From Daphnia carinata (taxonomy: Eukaryota): DNA of 64,000 nucleotides. Positions 54,548 through 64,000 of this stretch are shown here, in pieces. The notes beneath the pieces are model-generated. The model did not search any database, had not been told where the DNA came from, and was given only the letters and a program-made list of their open reading frames with translations. Numbering within the stretch: the stretch's first letter is position 1; every line of letters starts with the position of its first letter. Where the stretch lies: positions 8,432,001 through 8,496,000 of the forward strand of contig NC_081333.1 of NCBI RefSeq assembly GCF_022539665.2, in the 5' to 3' direction. A program made the position numbers and the translations under genes.

Positions 54548-55466
54548 ATGGCGCCGAAAAGGAACAACATGATTCCTAATGGTCATTTCCACAAGCAGTG
54601 GCAGCGTTACGTCAAAACCTGGTTTAATCAGGTATACTCGTCTACCCGTTTAAATAGTTTATTGCATATTTACAAGTTCGAGCTTTATGTTTCCAGCCCG
54701 CTCGTAAGAAGAGGAGGCACGCACATCGTGTGTCCAAGGCCCGACGTGTTTTCCCCGACCTACGACTTCATTGAAGCCCATCGTTCGGTGCCCAACTTTC
54801 CGCTACAACACCCGTGTTCGTGCAGGAAGAGGATTTAGCTTGGAGGAGTTGAGGGTAAATGAGACTGGTTGAAGTAGTTAGTTTGTTATGGAATTTTTCA
54901 ACATGTTACAGTTGAGCAAAATACGGGAGCAACATTTTAAAAGTTCCTTGATTTGGTTATTTTTAGGCTGCCAAGATCCCCAAGCGCTTTGCCCCAACCA
55001 TTGGCATTGCTGTTGATCACCGCCGCCGCAACAAATCTGTGGAATCTTTGCAGATGAATGCTGAGCGCCTGAAGGTTTACAGAAGCAAATTGATCCTCTT
55101 CCCACGCAATGCCAAGAAACCCCAAAAGACTGATGCTACTGTAAGAATTGTAATCATATGAAGACCAATTGACATTCAGTAACTGTCTTTTTCATCTAGG
55201 CTGAGGAAATCAAATTGGCCCAACAGTTGACTACTGAAGTCATGCCCATTACCAGGTCATACAAATTGGAGAAGGCCCGTGCCATCACCGCAGCCGACCG
55301 CAAATTCTCTCCTTATGCTGTACTCCGCACGGCACGAACAACAGCGCGCCTTGCAGGCATTCGTGCCAAGCGGGCTAAGGAAGCAGCAGAAGATCCGGAA
55401 GCGGCTAAGGAGGCAAAGGCAAAGGCTGCCAAAGCTAAGGCTGCCAAGGGTGGCAAGAAGAAGTAA
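54548..55466 (+). CDS. RPL13: 60S ribosomal protein L13 (eL13), ~227 aa; apparent 1-nt deletion in exon 2 of this sequence
   Basis: Exons 54548-54631, 54697-54854, 54967-55140, 55200-55466: [35 protein letters not shown]...[26 protein letters not shown]...[37 protein letters not shown]. Total is 683 nt; the frame is restored by one extra C at 54753-54756. Confidence 0.95.
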
Positions 55467-56294
55467 ATCGTTCTCGGGATTGATTTGTATTTCCGTCACT
55501 TGGCAAAAATACAAAGTGAACTGTCCCGTCATTCATATTTGGCTTCTGTGATTTAAATAGTTGGGTACTGCGTTATGCCGTTTTTGACAGTTCTTCAATT
55601 TAATTCGAGTAATCTTAAAACTCGTAGGATCTAAGCTAAACTGAAGTTTCAGTATGGCATGTTTTACATTCAGTTCTTGATGCCAACAGTGTTCAGGTTT
55701 GTTTGTTATTGAATGGCCTGAATGAACAGCTTAAGCTAACCTCAAGTGGTAAATACAGATTTGTGTCAAGCTCAGGCTATTAAGTGATATAGTTGTGGTT
55801 TATCTGCCGTTCAAATGTTTCTTAAGAACATCTCGGAACAGTAAATTTATCAATGCTTTCTTGGGAACATCTAATGGAAAAAAGTTAAGAAAACGAAAAT
55901 AGCAGCGAAGAAGTAATGAACAGCAGTGTGGTGGTTTATTGTATAAACTACGTATTCGCAGTATGGTTGCTAAAAACAAGTTATAAGAAATCGCTTAAAT
56001 TATAAATCCGAAAACGCTATGTATTTAAAAGTATGCAGAATAATCGAAGGTTTTAACTGTGTTAAAAGATGGGTTTACATTATCTTCACGCTAAATAAAC
56101 AGCAATCCTTCTCATATATGGCGAAAAGTGTTCAAATAGTTCTATATCCCACCGCTACGAGTCTCCGGAAAATCTCCCGACAGAGCGATATCAGCATTGT
56201 TCTGTTTGGGATAGATACAAAAGGCCTGATCTTCATGACTGAAGTGATAGAAGTGCTTTAAAAACTGTGATCTGTGAAGCGTGGTATCAGCACA

Positions 56295-58997
56295 ATGTCT
56301 AAAATATCTAAACGCATTGAATCTGAATCGGTAAAACAAGAAACAAAGAAAAACAAAAATGAGTATTCGATATTAGTAGTGGCAAATAAAGTGAAAGAAT
56401 TGTCCAAGGTATTTCAAGTAATATTAGTTGCTCTCTTTTTAAAACTTGCTTAGCCTAAATTATTTTGCTGTGTTTTCATATATTTACTGAAAGATGCTTG
56501 TGACAATTTCTTATAGAATTTCATGGAAATTGAAGAAAAAGAAGTTGAATCCAGAACTGGAGAAAATGACTTGAAAATATTCAAGGAAACAAGTTCTGAA
56601 GTCAGGAGATTGATGACAGACATTTTACAACTGAAAATTTCAGGCAAAACAGATGAAGAAACAAAGAAAAAGATAACGGGAAAAAGAATTGAGGCATCTC
56701 TACTTTTTGTAACATTGAAAAAATTAAATCGAATAGATAAACTTAGGCTGAAAAAGGCAAGGGACACAACCCATGATGCAAAACAACGTGTGGATTCATT
56801 TCATTTACAACTTGAAAACTTATTATATGAAGTTTTTCATCTTAAAAAAGAAGTTGACAAGTGCCTGGAGTTCAAGTCAAAAGATGAAGATATTGAGCTA
56901 GTCCCAGTTGAAGAGTTCTATCATGAAGCACCACCTAGCATTTCTAAAACGGTAAATAACCAATAACTAGATAATTAACCCAAAGTATGTTAAGACTTTT
57001 ATTGTGTTTGTAAATTTAGGAGCTCACCAAAAGCAACCAGCACAAACTGACTTTGGCCCGTTTAGAGTGGGAATTCGAACAACGAAAACGTCTTTCGGAA
57101 CAGTGCCGCAACCTAGAGCAAAATCGAGAAAAGGCCTCAAATGAAATTACCCAGAAACAAAAACAACTTGAAAGTCTGTTACCTAGGCTAAATTCTATTC
57201 TTGAAGTGAGTAAAGATTTACAATTTTCTGTCGCAAAAGTTGTAACTAAAAATCTTGTCTTTGCTTTGAAAGTCTACACGCCCACTACAAGAAGAACTAA
57301 ATTTACCTGTTGAACGGATCAAGTTTCAAAAAGAATTGGCGGTGTTGCTGCCTGATCCTCTTTATATCTTATACAGTCAAATAAAAGCTTTTATTGAAGC
57401 ATGCGGTAAAATTTTTATTATTCAACAGCCTTTGATCGTAAACTGTTGCAACGCGTATTATTTTACTTATAGATCCATCATTGCAGATATCCATCGAGGG
57501 CGGAATGGACGATGCCTTGAATTTCGGCTCCAAAAACAAAACTGGCCTTGACGAAATTCTTGAGGATGTCGATTCAGCGGAATCTGATATGGAGACTGAT
57601 TATGAGACAAACAAACGTTCTGCGACTTCTCATAAAATGAAAACAGATTGGCAACTTACTAGACATCCGCTACGTATTCAACTGACGGTTGAGGGCGTTG
57701 TGATTAATTTTGCGTACTTAACCACATTGAATATTGTGGTTGTGGACTGCAAACCATTACAGCGCGAAAATGGAATCGAGTAAGTACATTGTTGTACAAC
57801 TATTATTGGGCAAAAATAATTTTTTAAATTTTCTTTCCAGTCAGCTTTGTATAATAGATAATCTGCTATCCGAAATTTTTCCGAATGATCATGGCGACGA
57901 ATCACCAAGTTGGGTCAACTGTTTCCAAGCAAGATCAATGGTTAATGGCAAAATTAACGAACAAGGTAAACCCTACCTCTGGGCGCAGCGCTTAGCCGGA
58001 TTAGATTTCAATGGTGTGGTGAAGTCTACGCCCCAAACTTTCATCAATACGGAGTTCGTTGAAACGGTAGTTTCATTTTGTAAAAAAAAAATACCCTTTT
58101 TTAAGGAAGTAAAACTGATTTGAGTTTTTTCAAATAGGTTGTTGTTGCCCTTAAAAATAGGATCAACTATCGTTTTCAGTTTGTTAAGGTTTTACATCTT
58201 CTTGGTAAGCTCTATACCATAGGTCACGCTTTCATATTTGGGGTAACTATTTCCTTATCCTATACAGAAAAAGGTGAACTAGATCTCAACCAGGATTCAA
58301 ATGCTGCTTTTCCTGCAACAATATATTCGCGGCTTGTTTCCTGGGCTCCATCCAGTTATGAAGAGTGTCTTGTGACCGTAAAGAATCTGGATAGACTATT
58401 GAACTTTCTGGAAATAAATCCCAAAGCTCTTATGTTTTTTAAGGCAACCATTGAAAGGGAATCTGGTATGGTTACTTGTAGCTATAAAGTAACGCTCTTA
58501 CGATCAAATGAACTGCCCTAGTAAGAATCTTCACTTTTACTTACAGCGAGGCTACTTGCCATTTTCGTGGTTCCTGTTGACTATCCGAACTCTGCGCCAA
58601 TTTGTTCCTTGGAATTACTTTGGAATGGGAAACATACTAGAGAAAACAGTGAAATCATACGGGTCTGTATTAATACCGGGATTGTATTTAATTAGTGTTT
58701 TGTAATTTTTTTTTTTTTGACTAGGGAATTGAAGCTGAGGTTAACGTTTCTATAAATGAACTACCTCCACAGCACAAAATTGACCTATTGATTGTGCAAT
58801 TGAAAAAATTGACACTACATTTAGATCTGATCACAGAAATTGATGGGCAGTTAATGAAACGAGGTGGTGGAAGCTGGCAGTCGCAAGCTAAGCCAGAATT
58901 TTCCGCAGAGAAAATGATTCCGCGACTGATTAAAGGTCATGATAGAAAATTTCCGACTAAATATGATGCTGGTTCTGGTTTTTTCCTACATCAATGA
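56295..58997 (+). CDS. THOC5: THO complex subunit 5 (~684 aa, 10 coding exons)
   Basis: Exons 56295-56408, 56517-56951, 57020-57205, 57273-57405, 57473-57779, 57841-58066, 58138-58204, 58268-58465, 58547-58662, 58725-58997 total 2055 nt in frame. Motifs LLFVTLKKLNR, KQRVDSFHLQLENLLYEVFHLKKEVDKCLEFKSKDEDIELV, LARLEWEFEQRKRL, LPDPLYILY, GKPYLWAQRLAGLDF, C-terminal KYDAGSGFFLHQ. Confidence 0.95.
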
Positions 58998-59534
58998 TTC
59001 AAAATCTTTGTTTACAACTATCAGAATTGGAATACATCTATGCCAAAGTACCATATTTACAATTCTATCCGATTTGTTTGAGCTCGAATATTGAAACGAA
59101 AAGAAGATGTATTTTTCTTTGATCAATTTTTTTTTTAAATTATAATTTCCTCTAGAATGTTAAGTTTTCTGTTGACTACTAGATGGCGTTTGGCTGTTTG
59201 CGCCACTGGGTTAAGCAACAGAGTTCAGCAACTGAATTGGGCGTCGATGCTTTGTTTACTTTTAATAGTAGCTAGCAGAAGGTTTGGCAACCAAATTTAG
59301 CGAATTTTGTTTTGAGAACTTCAAAAATAGTTAACACTAATTGACTGACTTCCATAAATCAAAGATAAGGGAAAGTAAGAAACGAAAATTTGAAGTTTTT
59401 TGATTTTGCCCAGAGGGTGGGGAGTGCTTTGGGAGACTTGATGTGTAAGGTGGTCCACACAAAGACCTTCAAGTCCAACTGACTTTAAATTCGAAATTTG
59501 AAGCTTTCGTTCGTTTCCATTTCTTTATATTTAC

Positions 59535-61110
59535 ATGGGGATGCCTTATCAGTCTTCTGTTTTTCCAAGGTTTGAAACCATGGATCGCATAATTCATGAT
59601 TTGGCAAACAGTTCAAATCATCTCAATTACACACGATTCCTGGATCTGATAGCTGACCATGAAAGGAACCCCAATCACCCTCACAATAATTGGAGTGGGC
59701 ATCCACCTGGTGAAACATCTGTTGGTTATGAACTATCTGCCCCCAAACCAGGACCTTCGGTTGTTTTTCCAACATCGGTAACTGCAGCAGACACTTTGCA
59801 CGCTGCCAGATCTCTAGCCCTTCATGATACTCCATCTCGCAATGAAACTTCATTTAAGTAAGGTTTATGAATATTTTTTCTGTGAATTGAATATGAATTT
59901 GTTGAATTCAGAGCTTCAAATAGCCTTTGAGGTGTACCTATAACCATAGTAAGAAAATGTTTATCTATTGTGGGTAAAACAAGGTTTCTTTTTCCCATCT
60001 CAGAACTCTATGCTTCACCGAACTTAAACCAGAAAATCCAGCATCTATGTGTCAGCCTTCAACCAGCCGAAGAATCGGTGTTAAATCTGAACCGCATGAT
60101 GATAATCCTGGAAACGAACGAACAAATCCTTCCAAAAGGGTAATTTAAAATGAGTTGGTTTGAGATAAAACAACACTATTATTTATTCTATTTTACTTAT
60201 TTATTTATTTTTACTATTTATTTTGTTTTACTTATTTATTTCTACTTTTTTCGCTTTTTCAAAGTAATAACAACAATTTTTATGTGTAGTTGATATGTGG
60301 CGTCTGCAATTTAGAAATGCCTGAAACAAAATTCGATGACCATCGTTATGCAGAACACATAGGGCTTGCCAGGCCATATGGCATGTCACAGGTAAATCTG
60401 AGCTTATCCAGAGCCAACTCCATCTTCCCCAAACGACCAAATTAAAAAATTTATATCTAACCTTTTAATTATGACACTCAAGGACTTTTCGGATGCCGAA
60501 AAGAGAAGAGAATTAAAACGCGCCTTGCTTTTAATGAAACAAGTATCCTGCCCATATTGCTTGCGTATTTTTACATCAACGCTGGGATTTCAGTACCACC
60601 AATCCCGGTGTGAAGCTGAAGTTGGTGATTCGCCAAAGTATTAATAATGCCCTTTTTGAAGCAAAAACTTTAGGATTTCCCAGTATCATAATACATTTAT
60701 CTTTTTTCTGGAGAAGGCATATAGACTGCTATCTATGTGGAAAACAAGTTTCAGCTTTCAGAGCCCATATGAAAATACATCTAAAGGAAGAGCGACAGCA
60801 GTTGGTAAAGATGCTAGAAGAAACCAAAATTATTTCCTGCCATTACTGTGACAGCAAATATTCCACTCTTACTGGATACATCTATCACAAAGATCGGTGT
60901 AGATTTTCTCCCCATCCTCCACTCGCTCCGTTATTGAAGTAATTATTTTCGAAGTTTAAATGACAGTTCTTCGTAATCTATTTATATTTTTTTTTTCTTT
61001 TCAGAAAATCTAATAAGAGGAAAGAGGAGTGTGAGGTCTGTGGCAAAAAAGTATTGGTCTTGAAATCCCACATGAAGCTCCATGAAAGAGCCTTGGCTAA
61101 AACTGAGTAA
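59535..61110 (+). CDS. ZNF512-like C2HC/C2H2 zinc-finger protein, copy A (~348 aa)
   Basis: Exons 59535-59857, 60004-60139, 60290-60391, 60483-60637, 60714(or 60717)-60938, 61005-61110 in frame. Fingers: CGVC-x11-HRYAEH, CPYC..FTSTLGFQYHQSRC, CYLC-x9-HMKIH, CHYC..YSTLTGYIYHKDRC, CEVC-x9-HMKLH. A possible alternative last exon lies at 61177-61219. The two N-terminal exons are less certain. Confidence 0.75.
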
Positions 61111-62438
61111 TTTACGGTTCTTGTAGGCTATTTGATTTCGCAATAAAATGTACGGAAAGATGCCTAAACATTTCAGTGCAAATTCTAATGTGAATTCACT
61201 GATTCGACGAATAGCGTGAATCGTATGATCTCTTCTCTTTCTCTTTTACTACCCTCATTCAATTTCCTCTGTTCAGTTTTTCCTCCTTTCTATTCGAGTT
61301 ATCGAAGTGGAAACAGCTGGACCATTCATCGCTTGGAATCATTAATATCGATAATTTTGACAAATTATGAATAAATCATCCTTTTCAATTTCACTGAAGT
61401 CGTGTTAGCCTTTAAAACCTACTATATATCTTGGACTTTGCACAAATGCCCTGGAGTGTTGTGGTTTCACAATGTCAACTTTCCATCAGCTATATGCAAA
61501 ATAGAATTAATTATGATGTGAATTTTTTTTTCAAGGAAAGAAAAGATAGTTGTACGAAGTGACCAAATTTTAAAATTCCCTTAAAGGAAAATATTAATCC
61601 TCACTGCGCATAAAGTATTTCTACGAAGAATGCCGTTCTTCAACATCTAAGCATTTCTATGCTCTAAGGTAGGTTGCCAGTTGGTGACAAACGGTGTATT
61701 ACGGGTTTTGAGCCGGGGATTCTGTTTCTTCAAATCCGGATTGAGCACTGGGAAAAAATAGACTAAGACTTTTTCAGAAGTTTTAGATTTCGGGCCGCCC
61801 GCCCCAATCCAAGAAAACAAAAAAGGCACACCGAAGCAGCAAAAATCTACCCATTTGACACGGTAACGTGTCTTGCCCACCCGAGGAAGCAAAAAACAAT
61901 TAGTGTATCTCGAGAAGAGGTTTAGAAACACCCTTTGGTTCGTCTGTTCATCTTTTTCGTCTGCTCTTCTCTATTTTTTAGTTCAAGTTGATTAGTTGAC
62001 GAGAGCGCTGTGGTTACCAGAAAATACATTATACATGACATTCGTTTGAAGGTATGGCCCCACACCGTCCGTTATTTAAATTTTAAGGATTTCCAAATTA
62101 TTCTTTAATTTACAGCTATTTGCAACCACAAAAACTATTTATTTAAAAATTTTTGAGCCCCAATCTCGCTAACCTACTGACACTGGTAAACATGTGGTGA
62201 TAGTCAGCGGTTCTCTTGCCAATTTAAGTCACTCCTAACTTCTGTTGTAATTTTTAAGGGATTGATTTATTATTCCTCTAGCCAAATTTGATTATTAAAG
62301 GTAATTGGCCACTTGAAGGGATTTCATTCTTTCACAAACTTAAATTCTGAAAAGTAGAAAGTTCTCCATGTAGACTAAAGGCTTCTTGGATTTTATTATC
62401 CAATCAGTGTATGTTTTACTTTATAAAGATTTGTTTCA

Positions 62439-64000
62439 ATGCACAACATGGTCATAGAAAAGGAAAATATGGAGGGTTCTGCTTCCCTTGAAACAGCTAT
62501 CCCGAAAAAGCGAGGGAGACCTAAAAAGGTATCCATCTTGGGTTATATTAATACAGAATAAATTTTGAATAGCATATGTTTTCAAAAGATCAATTTACCT
62601 GCCAGCCCAACTTCTCCAGCTTTTCCTGATGTGAGGGAGGATGATGATCTGTCACTAGTAGTCAAATCTTCCAAGAGATTTGTTGAAAAAATAGTCGCTG
62701 AGGATTCTTTAGTTGGAAAGAGTACCCCTACAAGACGTTCTGGGCGTCCCAGAAAGGTAATGTACCAATATCAATGGAGTACATTTAGCTGAGTAACTAA
62801 TGTCAGACAAATTCATATTCTGCATCTAAGGGCACTTTACCAGCAACACCATCTTCACCCTTATGTTCTGAGAAAGAGGAAGAAAGTGTACTAGCAAAAA
62901 GAAAAATTCTGTCTTCAAAGAAGCACAAAGAAATTATAGGTATAGAGGATTCTTTAGAGGAAAATGTCACCCCTAAAAAACGTGGACGACCCAAAAAGGT
63001 ATTCAAGTATAAGTTGCTGACAAATCAATTCGTTGATGCCGACCGGTTTATCTAGGCTGATTTACCTCCGACTCCATCTTCACCGTCATGTTCTGACAAT
63101 GGGAGAGAAGGAAATTTACCGGCAATCAGGTCGGCTAGGCGGTCCGAGCCACGGCCAAAATTTCTTGATCCATTGCTGGAACCAAGTGCAGAAAATTGCT
63201 CCGAAACACCAGCAAATAGTAAACGAGGAAGAAAACGGAAAGCCATGTCACCCGAAGATGAAATTACCCCAAAATCTCCCGTGAAAGTTAAAACCATACC
63301 GAATGTAATGTGATTAATCTTTAGATTTATAAGCTTATTCATAAACTTTTTTTGTAGGTTGTCTGTGGGGTTTGCAAAAAAGAAATGCCACAGCCAAACT
63401 TCACCTACCATCGATACGCTGTACATTATGGGTTAGCAAGACTAGAAGGAGCATCCCAAGTAATATTTAGCAACTCCTGATACTGGCTCATTGTATCTGT
63501 ATAATGGATAATTTTGCAATATGACTCTTTTATAGGTATTTACGGAAGCCGAAAAAACGCAGCAGTTGAAAAAAACTCTCGAAAAGATTAAGCGATTGTC
63601 TTGTTCCAAGTGCTCCACCAGCTTTACGACACTGTTGGGTTTTCAGTACCATCAGAAACGCTGTGGCGTTGATGCTGCCGATCTTCAAAACATGTACGTA
63701 TTATTTCTCATTCATACGGCAATTGAATCGATCTTTATGTTTTTGTGATATTCAAGGTTGAATGAGTGTACGATTTGCGGTAAACGGGTAATGGCTTTAA
63801 CGGCGCACATGAAGGTTCACGATAAAAAAACAGAAAACGTTGAAAGAATAAAAGCTGCGACAGCAGTACCAGCTCCAAGTCCAGGAACAAAATCGAGAAG
63901 GGTCGCCGCTCAAAAGTAAATACTAATTTGTATAGCACGAAGATCAAATACGTAATATATTTTTTTATTTAGAGCTGCCTCTCTTTTACGGGAACTCAAG
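62439..64000 (+). CDS. AT-hook + ZNF512-like zinc-finger protein, copy B (3'-partial)
   Basis: Exons 62439(or 62448)-62528, 62589-62756, 62807-62998, 63056-63304, 63358-63459, 63536-63693, 63757-63915, 63973->64000 in frame. AT-hooks KKRGRPKK, RRSGRPRK, KKRGRPKK. Fingers CGVC-x11-HRYAVH, CSKC..FTTLLGFQYHQKRC, CTIC-x9-HMKVH. SRRVAAQKAASLLRELK resembles the RRxAxxAxxxLxE helix of ZNF512/512B. Confidence 0.82.

Noticed and set aside
54548..55466. RPL13 as a pseudogene
   Set aside because: The only lesion is in a homopolymer; introns, TCT promoter and conserved residues are intact.
55650..55730. Two adjacent hairpins downstream of RPL13, a possible H/ACA snoRNA
   Set aside because: The hairpins are too short and there is no ANANNA hinge box.
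62529..62588. Intron starting GTATCC, a possible U12 intron
   Set aside because: The donor is GTATCCAT rather than GTATCCTT and there is no TCCTTAAC branch site; treated as U2.

Overview
Eukaryotic, intron-rich genomic window. The many 55-110 nt GT-AG introns, AT-rich composition and arthropod-like proteins suggest a compact crustacean genome such as Daphnia (inference). By manual splicing I reconstructed nine protein-coding genes: the 3' end of STT3A (+); lunapark (-); an SLC22/Orct organic cation transporter (+); a 14-exon, 35-kb GPR158/CG31760-family class C orphan GPCR (-) with a ~20-kb intron; DAD1 (-) head-to-head with RPL13 (+); THOC5 (+); and a tandem pair of ZNF512-like zinc-finger genes (+), the second carrying exon-encoded AT-hook repeats and running off the window. 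RPL13 has an apparent 1-nt deletion, most likely an assembly error. I found no tRNA, rRNA, CRISPR array or clear transposon, and most short ORFs in the supplied track are non-coding. The best candidate for something undescribed is the diverged AT-hook/ZNF512-like tandem pair, a possible repeat-binding chromatin module. Next are the GPCR's long N-terminal extension and altered Cache pocket, and a structured RPL13 intron with an internal acceptor. All identifications are from remembered family motifs; no database search was run.
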